Source of the DNA: Octopus bimaculoides
Taxonomy: Eukaryota
NCBI RefSeq assembly: GCF_001194135.2
Contig: NC_068986.1
Location: 30,367,495-30,431,494 of the forward strand
Length of the DNA: 64,000 nt
Reading direction: 5' to 3'
This document shows positions 1 through 12,529 of the stretch, one piece after another (position 1 is the first letter of the stretch; the number at the start of each line of letters is the position of its first letter). The translations under genes and the position numbers were made by a program. The notes beneath the pieces are model-generated. The model was given only the letters and a program-made list of their open reading frames with translations. It ran no database searches and had not been told where the DNA came from.

Positions 1-1465
1 CAACAAAAGTTATAACAGATGGGAGGGTGGGTAGTTTTCACATTTCGGTGATTTTTCAGATTAACACCCGTACGATTTTCACTATAGTGTTAGGGTTTGT
101 TAGGGTTAGGTAGGTAATGACGCAGGTGTTAATCTGAAGATTTACGAAAAGATTTTCAAAAAAAACTCACAGTTTGTAGGGAATAAATGTTTGTTGATCG
201 TATTTGAGAAACATGTCTCGCTGGTAAATGACGGTGTTAGAAATGGAAAGTAAACTTATAATTCCCGCCAATTAGAATGAGGTCATTGGTAACCATAGGT
301 ACATATATATGTGTGTATTTACGTATGATTGGCAGTGTGTCTGTTTATCNNNNNNNNNNNNNNNNNNNNNNNNNNNNNNNNNNNNNNNNNNNNNNNNNNN
401 NNNNNNNNNNNNNNNNNNNNNNNNNNNNNNNNNNNNNNNNNNNNNNNNNNNNNNNNNNNNNNNNNNNNNNNNNNNNNNNNNNNNNNNNNNNNNNNNNNNN
501 NNNNNNNNNNNNNNNNNNNNNNNNNNNNNNNNNNNNNNNNNNNNNNNNNNNNNNNNNNNNNNNNNNNNNNNNNNNNNNNNNNNNNNNNNNNNNNNNNNNN
601 NNNNNNNNNNNNNNNNNNNNNNNNNNNNNNNNNNNNNNNNNNNNNNNNNNNNNNNNNNNNNNNNNNNNNNNNNNNNNNNNNNNNNNNNNNNNNNNNNNNN
701 NNNNNNNNNNNNNNNNNNNNNNNNNNNNNNNNNNNNNNNNNNNNNNNNNNNNNNNNNNNNNNNNNNNNNNNNNGGCAACACACACACTAAATAAAAAAGA
801 TGTTAGTAAGTAAAAGTGTTTTAAAAAAGATTGTTAAATTTTCAGATTAACACCCGTACGATTTTCACTATAGTGTTAGGGTTTGTTAGGGTTAGGTAGG
901 TAATGACGCAGGTGTTAATCTGAAGATTTACGAAAAGATTTTCAAAAAAAACTCACAGTTTGTAGGGAATAAATGTTTGTTGATCGTATTTGAGAAACAT
1001 GTCTCGCTGGTAAATGACGGTGTTAGAAATGGAAAGTAAACTTATAATTCCCGCCAATTAGAATGAGGTCATTGGTAACCATAGGTACATATATATGTGT
1101 GTATTTACGTATGATTGGCAGTGTGTCTGTTTATCTCACTCCCCTTCGTTTCTTTGTCTTTTTTCTTGGATCGTTCGTAAGAGGAAGTAGCAATTGAAAC
1201 GATGTGTAAGAGGAATAGAAATAGTTAATTTTAGAAGGGCAAAGTAATTTTGTATGTATCTGTCATTTACAGTATCGAAATGTAATTGTTTCAGTTTTGA
1301 TAGTTTTCTTTTTCTCCTTCCTTTCTTTTTGTATTTGTTGTTTGATTTTTCGTAAAGGTTCATCAGAGGAAGTAGGAGTTGAAAGGATTTGTATTAGAAA
1401 GAGGAAATTAGATTTTATTAGGGAGAAAATATTTACTCCTGTAGTTTTACGGATTTTATTCATTA

Positions 1466-2660
1466 CTAGCAGTATAACCCGACCTTGTCCGGGTGTGACT
1501 TATTATGCCATCTACGATAAGTCTTGCTAGCTGAAAATCAACTGAAAAAGAAAGCCTTACAACGAAAAAACCCTTATGATGTAAATATGTTCATAATTCA
1601 AAAGACGATGAAATTAATAGGGAAAGTCTGAAGGCTGTTTTGCGTAAAATTATTAAGCATATGTAAATTTCATCCGTGTAATTGGCTATAGAAATGCTTG
1701 TGCAAAACAACTTTTTGCGCTGCCCTGATTATACATAGCAGGGTAATCCCTTTTAGCAGGAGCTAGGATGGCAATTNNNNNNNNNNNNNNNNNNNNNNNN
1801 NNNNNNNNNNNNNNNNNNNNNNNNNNNNNNNNNNNNNNNNNNNNNNNNNNNNNNNNNNNNNNNNNNNNNNNNNNNNNNNNNNNNNNNNNNNNNNNNNNNN
1901 NNNNNNNNNNNNNNNNNNNNNNNNNNNNNNNNNNNNNNNNNNNNNNNNNNNNNNNNNNNNNNNNNNNNNNNNNNNNNNNNNNNNNNNNNNNNNNNNNNNN
2001 NNNNNNNNNNNNNNNNNNNNNNNNNNNNNNNNNNNNNNNNNNNNNNNNNNNNNNNNNNNNNNNNNNNNNNNNNNNNNNNNNNNNNNNNNNNNNNNNNNNN
2101 NNNNNNNNNNNNNNNNNNNNNNNNNNNNNNNNNNNNNNNNNNNNNNNNNNNNNNNNNNNNNNNNNNNNNNNNNNNNNNNNNNNNNNNNNNNNNNNNNNNN
2201 NNNNNNNNNNNNNNNNNNNNNNNNNNNNNNNNNNNNNNNNNNNNNNNNNNNNNNNNNNNNNNNNNNNNNNNNNNNNNNNNNNNNNNNNNNNNNNNNNNNN
2301 NNNNNNNNNNNNNNNNNNNNNNNNNNNNNNNNNNNNNNNNNNNNNNNNNNNNNNNNNNNNNNNNNNNNNNNNNNNNNNNNNNNNNNNNNNNNNNNNNNNN
2401 NNNNNNNNNNNNNNNNNNNNNNNNNNNNNNNNNNNNNNNNNNNNNAATTTCATGAAAAAATGTTCATTTTCCTGGAAGTTAAGAGGAATTTAAGTGGAAT
2501 TTCCGAATATTGTACCCCACCCCCTTCCAAAACACTTTCACCGAAAATTTTTGTATATTTGGAATCTACATAATAAATAATATATGTACATAAAATTTCA
2601 TTAAAAAATATTCATTTTTATGAAAGTTATGTCCTTCCAAAGTTGGGGGATACAACTCTG
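1466..2660 (+). mobile_element. Possible Helitron/Helentron-like non-autonomous element spanning a gap
   Basis: Starts actagcagtataacccgaccttgtccggg (ACTAG plus a CCCG/CGGG hairpin), like Helitron-derived short interspersed elements. The interior is hidden by gap 1777-2445. Confidence 0.35.
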
Positions 2661-3889
2661 TAGTTATGCCATCAATGTTTTGTAAATATACCAAGATGTG
2701 AATGACTGTGTTTACTTGCACAGAGAGCGAGAGAGGAAGAGGGGGAGAAATGAATAGAGATTGAGAGCAATGTGTATGTTGTTGTCACAGGTCAAGTATG
2801 TGTGGTTGTGTGTATTTTTATGTATCTATGTTATGAAAAATAGGTAAAGAACACGGAGATGAAAGTTTAATATATGACGTTGTATGTATCACTTTCTCTC
2901 TCTCTCTCTCCCTCTCCCTCTTTAACTCTTACTCTCTATATTTTTATGTTGAGCGCGTGTGTAAGAATCGCGTTCCAGGTAGAAGGGATGAAATATAAAA
3001 GTTGCTAGAAACAACAGCCAAATCTCCCTTAAATCACACAAAGTAAACGAAGAAATTTTGAATTGTGAAAATGTATGAATTTTAAACATACACACACACA
3101 GAGTAGATTTGCCTTTTATAGTATAGATGAGGTCAGTGTATATAGCTACTGGTTGACTGACCGTTAGAATACTTGTAACCCCTGACATTATCGATAGAAT
3201 CAATTGCGGTTAGTCCAATAGTCAATAAATGCTAGCAGAAGTTACAGAAACAAAGAGCAATTTATTGATTTGTGTTAAGATAAACTAATTTTGTATTATA
3301 CTACACCAAGAAATGGCTCCAGTAGCTATAAAACAACCAATATTTAACTTAACTTGCTAACCAATCTCAGCTCGCAGTAAACAAATTTAGAACTCTATCT
3401 TTAGCATTTCAACAATGAAGTTAATTCATTTAATCCAACCATGCTCAGTCTTGTTGGAATTTTAATGACGGCATCTGGAAAATTCCCAAATCATACAAAA
3501 AGCCACATTGGTGTTATCAATTCCTCATTTTAACATGAATTTAATAAAGATCTAATACTGTTGCTGTTGTGAGTGCTATGGGGCTAACAAAAGACAGACA
3601 AGTGTGGAGTAAACACTTAATAGTTATGTGGTTAAAAGCACGAGATTACTGACCACATTGTATTATAAATTCAGACTTGACAACAGTCATTATGTTCAGC
3701 CTATGACTAAATCCTATGACTTAGATTGGCTGGCAACATAGTTAAGTGATTTAGTGGTAAAAAATCATCCAACTTTTTTTTAAAGTATATAAATACCTAT
3801 GTTTGCTTAAGCTCATTTCACCCTTTGAAATAAGTAAAGGTAAGAAACCTCTAAATATTGGTTCATTTTTATCTGTATACTTTGTCAAC

Positions 3890-4272
3890 GTGGAGGCACA
3901 ATGGCCCAGTGGTTAGGGCAGCGGACTCGCGGTCATAGGATTGCGGTTTCGATTCCCAGACCGGGCGTTGTGAGTGTTTATTGAAAGAAAACATCTAAAA
4001 AGCTCCACGAGACTCCTTCAGGGGGTGGTGGCGAACCCTGCTGTACTCTTTCACCACAACTTTCTCTCACTCTTACTTCCTGTTTCTGTTGTACCTGTAT
4101 TTCAAAGGGTCAGCCTTGTCACACTGTGTCACGCTGAATATCCCCGAGAACTACGTTAAGGGTACACGTGTCTGTGGAGTGCTCAGCCACTTGCACGTTA
4201 ATTTCACGAGCAGGCTGTTCCGTTGATCGGATCAACTGGAACCCTCGACGTCGTAAGCGACAGAGTGCCAAC
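3890..4272 (+). mobile_element. Full-length tRNA-derived SINE (family S1)
   Basis: A-box TGGCCCAGTGG and B-box-like GGTTTCGATTCC in the head; (CAA)-type tail; near-identical copy on the minus strand at 47755-48140. Confidence 0.85.
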
Positions 4273-5406
4273 ACACAACACATTATCAACATAATGACAG
4301 ATGTTGCTGATTTTTCTCATGAAATTGATTTTCTTCGTTCCTATTAATTTCAAATTACAATAAATTGAATCATTTTCAGCTTCTATAGATGAAGAAAAAA
4401 CAGATGACCTGTAAACTGGCTTAAAATTATTTATTTGCTGTGTTTTTTAATCAATTTCAGAATCTATAAATTTTATATATTTTTTATAACTGCAGAGAAG
4501 TATAATTAAATTGTTATTGACTGACTTTTATTTTATATTTTAGATATGCCTTCAAGTATATACAAATTAATATATTTACTGCTTTCTATACATGCTATTA
4601 ATTCCATTATGTGTTACCCCGTACAAAATATATACGCTTAAATTTCAATTTAAGTATATTGAGTCAGAAGAACAGTATACCAAATGACTTTTTCAGTTTT
4701 TTAAAAACTATTGATGTTTTAAAACTATTGATGCAGTCGTTAGTTTGGCCTCCACTTCTGCTGTCTTGGGAAAATATTGTCAAACATGGAATTCTAGAAT
4801 ACTGTAGTTTAGTGAAGGAATAATTAGGAAGTTTGAGGGTTGAGATACAATAGTGACCAGGAAGAGAAGAAAGATGGGGATATCAGGTGGAGTTGTCAGA
4901 GAGAGTGGAAACAGCAGATTTGTCGGCTAATGGCTACAGTATGTTGATGACTGAATCTTAGAACCTATGAAATAGTGATTGTTAGGAATACCAAGCTAAA
5001 ATATTATAAAACATATGCACACACACATATAAAATCATTATGCAATGGTTAAGTTATATAAATGGTCAGAATATTACCATTGGTGCCATACTTAATATTG
5101 CCACCAAACAATATTGATGACTATTAATTATTTTGAGGATGCTGTTTTTTTTCTGACTTATAGACAATTAACTGGTCACTTTTTATATATATATATATAT
5201 ATATATNNNNNNNNNNNNNNNNNNNNNNNNNNNNNNNNNNNNNNNNNNNNNNNNNNNNNNNNNNNNNNNNNNNNNNNNNNNNNNNNNNNNNNNNNNNNNN
5301 NNNNNNNNNNNNNNNNNNNNNNNNNNNNNNNNNNNNNNNNNNNNNNNNNNNNNNNNNNNNNNNNNNNNNNNNNNNNNNNNNNNNNNNNNNNNNNNNNNNN
5401 NNNATG

Positions 5407-5938
5407 TATATAATTTAGAGAAAAGCCACTATTAAACAATTCAGTCATGAAGAGTGTAATTCATACCCTCCAGAAAATAAATATATCATAAAAACTTGAC
5501 GTTTAAAATTTTAGTTTAAAAACCTTTTCTTCAATAAGTTCTGATTTATATTTTATTTATTTATTGTTAAAACAAGTATTTTTTATATATTTAGTTGATA
5601 TTTATTACAAGTTACAATACGCATATTGATTTTTTTTTATTGTTTATTATTTATATTTTATTTTAGACCTGACGAGTGACTGTATCTTTGAATAGATTTA
5701 ATTGTAGATCGATTTGATTATTAATCAAATTATTAATTGAATTGGTTTTATAATTATCTATTTGAAAATATAGCCATGAAACGTGCGTAGTCATTTTTAT
5801 ACCATTTACTAGTTATTCTTTTATGTAATTTATTGATTTTTTTTAATAAGTTTTTATGGTATATTTATTTTCTGGAGTGTATGAATTGCATTCTTCAATA
5901 TTGAATTGTTTAATAGTGATTTTTCTCTAAATTATATA
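5407..5938 (+). mobile_element. ORF-less Penelope-like (pLTR-type) element with 91-bp inverted arms, inserted in (TA)n
   Basis: 5407-5497 is the reverse complement of 5848-5938 (82/91 identical). (TA)n lies on both sides (5185-5206 before the gap, and 5933-5952). T-rich body with an internal hammerhead motif. Confidence 0.6.
5666..5792 (+). ncRNA. Candidate type I hammerhead ribozyme with very long helix II
   Basis: Helix I GAC 5666-5668; core CTGACGA 5669-5675; helix II 5676-5720 paired with 5734-5777 (41 pairs including 10 G.U, plus 2 A.C mismatches and 2 small bulges); GAAA 5778-5781; helix III ACG-tg-CGT 5781-5788; GUA cleavage triplet 5787-5789; helix I partner GTC 5790-5792. Folded by hand. 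Confidence 0.75.
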
Positions 5939-7407
5939 TATATATATATATAAAGTCGAGTTGAAGAGACAACATTTGTCATTTTACCAAAATAAAACAG
6001 TAATCAGTTTTGACAATTTGCCAGATGAAACCATGGTAAATTATAATCTTAAACCATTTTTTCAATCTGATTGAAATGATTTATTTTACTCTATGTCTAG
6101 CATATGTCTGTGTGTATTTGTCCATCTGTGCAATATTACAGGGAGTATATACCAAAGCAAGTCCTTAAAACTCCTATTTGTGCATTTTATGAAATTATTT
6201 ACATGTAAATCAGTCCTCATCTTAGAGATTTCTTAAAGGCCTTCTAAACACAAGTTTATTTCTTTTGCATCTGAAATACCAGAGTGAAGCAACTGATATT
6301 GGAAGTTGGAAACCAAGTTGAATATTTTGAATGTATTTTATACAATGACAAATTTTATGAAAAATTTTTGTCCATTTTCAAAGTTGGTATTGATTTATTG
6401 TGAAGACTCAAGTTTTAAAATTGATCTTAAAACCTAGCACTTTTTTTTTTTTTTTTTTTTTTTTNNNNNNNNNNNNNNNNNNNNNNNNNNNNNNNNNNNN
6501 NNNNNNNNNNNNNNNNNNNNNNNNNNNNNNNNNNNNNNNNNNNNNNNNNNNNNNNNNNNNNNNNNNNNNNNNNNNNNNNNNNNNNNNNNNNNNNNNNNNN
6601 NNNNNNNNNNNNNNNNNNNNNNNNNNNNNNNNNNNNNNNNNNNNNNNNNNNNNNNNNNNNNNNNNNNNNNNNNNNNNNNNNNNNNNNNNNNNNNNNNNNN
6701 NNNNNNNNNNNNNNNNNNNNNNNNNNNNNNNNNNNNNNNNNNNNNNNNNNNNNNNNNNNNNNNNNNNNNNNNNNNNNNNNNNNNNNNNNNNNNNNNNNNN
6801 NNNNNNNNNNNNNNNNNNNNNNNNNNNNNNNNNNNNNNNNNNNNNNNNNNNNNNNNNNNNNNNNNNNNNNNNNNNNNNNNNNNNNNNNNNNNNNNNNNNN
6901 NNNNNNNNNNNNNNNNNNNNNNNNNNNNNNNNNNNNNNNNNNNNNNNNNNNNNNNNNNNNNNNNNNNNNNNNNNNNNNNNNNNNNNNNNNNNNNNNNNNN
7001 NNNNNNNNNNNNNNNNNNNNNNNNNNNNNNNNNNNNNNNNNNNNNNNNNNNNNNNNNNNNNNNNNNNNNNNNNNNNNNNNNNNNNNNNNNNNNNNNNNNN
7101 NNNNNNNNNNNNNNNNNNNNNNNNNNNNNNNNNNNNNNNNNNNNNNNNNNNNNNNNNNNNNNNNNNNNNNNNNNNGGCCTGTGTCACTTAAAATTGACCT
7201 TGCATCTGTAGATGTGTGTGGAGACCTGAGCAGCATTTTTTAATTTTTTTTCTTTAGGAAGGCTAGCAGTTGCCTATACAAGTCTCCCATTCTTTGCACT
7301 AACAATACCTTCCCAAGATAAAGGCCACTAATTTGGCCAATGCAGATTGACAGTTTGCAGAAAGTCAAAACGGATATTGTAAGGCGTCTCAGCTGACCCC
7401 TCTAAAA

Positions 7408-7642
7408 TTCTTATTTCTTTATTGCCCACAAGGGTCTAAACATAGAGGGGACAAACAAGGACAGACAAAGGGATTAAGTTGATTACATCGACCCCAGTGC
7501 ATAACTGGTACTTAATTTATTGACCCCGAAATAATAAAAGTCAAAGTCTCGGCAGAATTTTAACTCAGAACATAAAATGGCAGACAAAATACCACTAAGC
7601 ATTTTGCCCGGTGTGCTAATGTTTCTACCAGCATGCTGCCTT
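7408..7642 (-). mobile_element. SINE family S3 (tail type 1)
   Basis: Aligns with 30882-31119 and 63646-63827. Confidence 0.8.
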
Positions 7643-8541
7643 AAAAATTCTACCATTCCACTGTCCTGGGTGTGTACTTTCTTATCAATCCTCACAGCAG
7701 TAAAAGGCAAAGTTGACCTTTGCAGTATTTGAACTCAGATCAGAATCAGAACAAATACTGCAAGGTATTCTTCCAATGTTCTAATGCCTGCCAATTTGCC
7801 ACTTGATATAAGATTTAATCTAAGATATCACCTACTTATTTTTCTTCTAATTTGTCATTCAAAGAACTTAGATTATTAGGTAATGCATCTTTAATAATCT
7901 TTAATTTTAGTTTTAATCTTCATTTTTTTCTTTGCTACTGTAGTTTTTTTTAACCATTAAATGTTACTAATTTTGGTTTATTTTCAAATTTATTGTCCTA
8001 CTTTATCTTCAATATCACACAACAAACTGAAACATATGCAATTATAATTGCATTATGTGTCTATATGCAATTATAGACATGCAATTTCTGATAGGAAATT
8101 ATGTCAATTGTTAGCAATTGTTATAAAATCATGCTAAGGAATGAAAATAGATAACATAATCTGGAAGGGATTTCTAATTGAGTTTTCTTGCCTACGTCCT
8201 TATTTTCAATTTGCCTAATCAATGGATCGTTATCCTCCCAGTCATTCTGAGGTTTGGTACAAATAATGACAATACTTCACAGAGGAAGTCTAATAAAACT
8301 GAAACATGTCCATACATTTGTCACTATACTTACAAAAAGTTCACTCACTCCCAACTGCATGCTTTCATTCAACTTTTAATCAATTTCAATATTGAAATTG
8401 TCTTCCTTGTTTTCATTTTTCTTTGGCAAGAATTATCATTAATGTGAAGGAGTTTTCTTTACTGAAGCAATTTTAATTGATCAACATTTTGGACTTCAAC
8501 CATATAAACAAATCTTATGTCATTTTAAGTTGGTTCTTGAT

Positions 8542-9040
8542 AAGCATTTTCCAACCAGTATTCTCTTTAAACTCTAGCATTCCACAAGAATCATTATGAA
8601 TCATTTTTGTGCTTTTTATATTTGTAATTTTATTAAATGCACAGCATATTCCCTAAGGTAGGGAAATCCTGCCATCTCTCTGTAACAAATAGAGCTTACA
8701 GGGGAAAATGGCTTTTTAGTAAAGAATTTGATGTATCAACATACTGCTTCAGAGAACTTTTCTTAAATATTCTTTGTTGTTTCTGATGGATTTAGCACTG
8801 CCAAACCCTTCAAAGACAGTTTATAATTTGTATAATTACCTACAAAAGACAAGTAAGTTCCCTGAGGCATGAAATGCATTTCAAGTTCTCTATGATTTGT
8901 TTAATCACCAAAGAAACTTCACTTTATCAAAGAACAACCAAAGGATTAATAAAGATATATCATTTTTATATAGTAGTTTCCCTGAAGCATAGAACATATT
9001 TCAAGAGTTCTCCAAGACTAAAACAGGTTGGGAAACGCTG
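8542..9040. mobile_element. hAT-like MITE; diverged second copy at about 10407-10864
   Basis: Ends aagcattttccaacc and ggttgggaaacgctg are imperfect inverted repeats. The internal segment tttcttaaatatt...cactgccaaacc.ttcaa.gacagtt recurs near 10645-10710. Confidence 0.5.
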
Positions 9041-11893
9041 GTCTTTCTTTGATGACACCTTGTTAGCTACAATCAATGATCTACTTTATTATTTATAATA
9101 AACTAATTCTTAGACAATGAAATTAGAATATATATTGAAACAATCCTAAGACAAAATGACTTCTTCCCTAAAAGGCAATGTGTTCCACTTAAGTTCAATC
9201 CTAATTTTGTTATCTCTTTATACAAATAAAATCTGGTGTGTATATGAAATAGGGAAGGTGGGGTGAGATAAAAAGAGTGAGAGGAAAGAGAGGGAGTGTG
9301 AGTATGAAGAGAAACTATGCTCCTACATAGAGAGGAAAAGACAAATACTGTACGTGAAAAAGAGAGTGGGAGACATAGATATACTGCTAAGAGATAGAGA
9401 CATTATTACACAGAAATAACAGGTACTGTGTCATCAACATTATCATCACTGTTTTGGCATGGTTTTTATGGCTGGATGCCCTTCCTAATACCAACCACTT
9501 TACAGGGTGGACTGAGTGCTTTTTACACGGCACAAGCACAGGGGAGATCAGTTTTACTATAGTTTTTACAGCTGAATGCCCTTCAAAATGCCAACTGCTT
9601 TACAGTGTGGACAGGATTCTTTTTACATGGCAGGATCACCACGTAACTTGCAAGACAAAGATCCTTTGAAAGAGGAGGGGGGCATTGGAGGAGATGATCT
9701 TGTTCCAGATGATGAAAGGTTAGAGTGTGACAGAGACAGAGGTGTCTTGCTGTAGAGGAGGTACAAAGTTACTTGGCCAGAGAGAGAGAGAATGATCAAG
9801 AATGAGGACAGAAACAGGTATGATGCTGTAGAGGAGATACAAGGTTATCTCAGGAAGAGAAAGAAAGAGAGAGAGAGTGTGGAAGACAGCAAGAGTGCAA
9901 GATAGACCAGGAGAGAGATGGTGGCAAAGTGCCTGTGCATACTCACAAGGAGCGGAGACAGAATATAAATGAGATGTTGGAGTAAAAACAGAAAATTTTG
10001 CTTTGTTTCATGATGGATCAAATTGCAATTTTATTTTTATGTTATATGTTTTACCTTTTACTTCTTTCATTGGAATGTGGCCATGCTGGGGCACCNNNNN
10101 NNNNNNNNNNNNNNNNNNNNNNNNNNNNNNNNNNNNNNNNNNNNNNNNNNNNNNNNNNNNNNNNNNNNNNNNNNNNNNNNTGCCAAACCATTAAGTTATA
10201 GGGTTGTAAACAAACCAACACCAGTTGTCAAGAGGTGGAACTGATAAAGATACATATGTTTGTCTCAGATACAGAAATGTTCAACATTTAAAAAGCTTTT
10301 CAGTACATTTTGTCACTGTACAGGTTATGATACTGTTATTTTGAAACATATAAACTTACTTGTATAAAGCAATTTCCTCAAGCTTTAGGAAGAGAATGGT
10401 TGCATTTCATAACCACCATTTCCTGGAATCCTAGGTTTCTGCAAGAAAAATTTTAAGTAGGTTATGACAATTTTGGGGTTAATTTTTTAAAAAATTCTAT
10501 ATTCATAATTTATTTATAATTGCATAATGTATTTCCTAAGGTTGCCATTCTTACACAATAAAGAGACCTCAAATGATAAAAATGACCTCTTAATAGGAAA
10601 CTGTGGGGAAATTTGGTCTAAAGAAGGTCTTGCTTATGACAAAATTTCTTAAATATTATTTGAGATGCCTGATAGATTTAACACTGCCAAACCATTCAAG
10701 GACAGTTTTTATGATCTGTTTAATCTCTTATGAAATTTATGTTTATGAAAGTGAAAGAAAATGATAAATAAAAATATATAATTTAAAATAGGGGCTCTTT
10801 AAGATATAGAATGTTAATCAAGAATTAGGGGTTCTCCAAGAATCAAATATGGTGGGAAATGCTGCTTTAATCTCATAACTTGGAGAAGAAGTGTTAGTCC
10901 TGTATTATAGTGTTATGTACTTGATAAGAGATGCAACTTCAGACTATTTCCACTAGATATACAGCTTTAGGTTTATTTCAACTGGGAACACAAAAGAATT
11001 CTGTGTATGAGAGAGATTTCTTTCACATGTGTAGCAAGCCTCAACTATATATGAGAGAAAAGAGGAAGTTTAAAAAATCATATCGTCACATGCTTTCGCT
11101 ACGAACATGAGCAATGTATGTGAGAATAAATCCAGCTGAAAACTGAAGTTGGTCATAGATTCAATTTTTAAAAAGTACTCTCACTAAGTCCACCTTGGTA
11201 ATTCTGTTCCTATTATTTACTTCCTTCTTGATATTTAAACTATATTGTCAAAAAAGAAGTTGCTAACCTTTACACTAGTTGATTAAGCAGCTAAAAACAA
11301 GAAAATGAAGCTAGTGTTTATTTTTCATTTTCAATATTTATTTAAAGGAAATAAAAAGATTTTCTACAACAGACATTTTTTATATCATCTGTATTTAGAA
11401 AATAAATAGGAATATCATATATTTACTTTTTTCATTTGCAGACACTGCTTGTCTCTAAGAAACACATGTCTACCATATAATACTTTATTTGTTATCTACA
11501 TTATTTCATTTGTTTTAAGAACTTTAGACAGGAATCAAAATGTTTTATTTAAACATAAATGATAAGTATATTTGAGAAAGGTCAAATTTCACATAAACAA
11601 CTCCTTCAACAAAAAATTATTTTCTGAAAAATTAGTTAATGCATCCATACCAGCACATTGTTGTAGTAGAGAATCCATAAGAAAGCAATTTTTAATGTTG
11701 TAGTAATGAAAAGATACAACACTCATGCCTTCCATTTTTGTTTTTCAAAGGAATTATCAATCTATCATATTTGATGGCATATAAGATGCAGTATTTTGTT
11801 GGGTTTGTTTTTTTTTTTTGTTTTTTTTCAAAAACGAAAATGTCCCGAAATATCATTCTGGGCCAGTAAAGTTGGGCCTCCTATAAACTTTAG

Positions 11894-12109
11894 CCCTTTA
11901 GCATTCAGATTATTCAGTCAAATGTAATGTTTATTTATTCACATTATTTTTAATCAATCATGCATTATCTTGTAACTTTGAGATCTCAATGATGTGGTTG
12001 TTTATTTTTAGAATAACATTGTAGGGTAGGTGTGAGAGGTAGGATCTGGCCAGTTTGAATATAAAACAGAATATGGCTGGTTTCAATGGCTGGTTTAAAT
12101 GCTAAAGGG
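11894..12109. mobile_element. piggyBac-type MITE
   Basis: 12-bp TIRs ccctttagcatt and aatgctaaaggg, flanked by ttag and ttaa. Confidence 0.7.
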
Positions 12110-12529
12110 TTAATGCACTAAAAAATGGGGTTTTTTTTCTGAATATGCATTGCTAAAATTAGGGTGCACCTAATATGCCATGCATCTTTTATGCCATCAA
12201 ATGTAGTAAGTGAAGAGCTGACTGATATACTGAAGCTACATCAGCAACTGTTGTGTTTTATGCCAGCTTTTCTATGCTGGCATGTGTTGGACTGTTTTTT
12301 TCCTGAGGCTTTGAGGCAATGTTTTACAACCAAAGGCCTTTCCTGTCATTGGCTACTTCAGTCAATTCTTACAACATGCAGGAGTATGGGTGATCTATTC
12401 TAAAAGTGGGCTTCACACCATAAAGAAGTACTATAGATCCATCAGACGTAATAATTTCTTCTTCAAATACATGACCAATATTTGTAATGGAGGAGTATAA
12501 TTGTAGATTTTGACATTAGCAGGGAAATC

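Noticed and set aside
53-1135. Apparent 297-bp direct repeat (53-349 and 839-1135)
   Set aside because: The copies are identical and one ends exactly at an N-gap, so this is most likely a contig-overlap artefact. Long reads are needed to call a real duplication.
1340-1372. Minus-strand CTGATGA...CGAAA hammerhead-like motif
   Set aside because: Helix II, helix III and helix I cannot be paired; probably chance.
3890-3965. tRNA gene
   Set aside because: It has A and B boxes but no complete cloverleaf, and it continues into a SINE body that is repeated at 47755-48140.
5952-6075. Short open frame with F-box-like FDNLPDETM and a possible GT donor
   Set aside because: Only about 40 codons, a purine-rich weak acceptor and no supporting neighbouring exons; it cannot be called an exon without RNA-seq.
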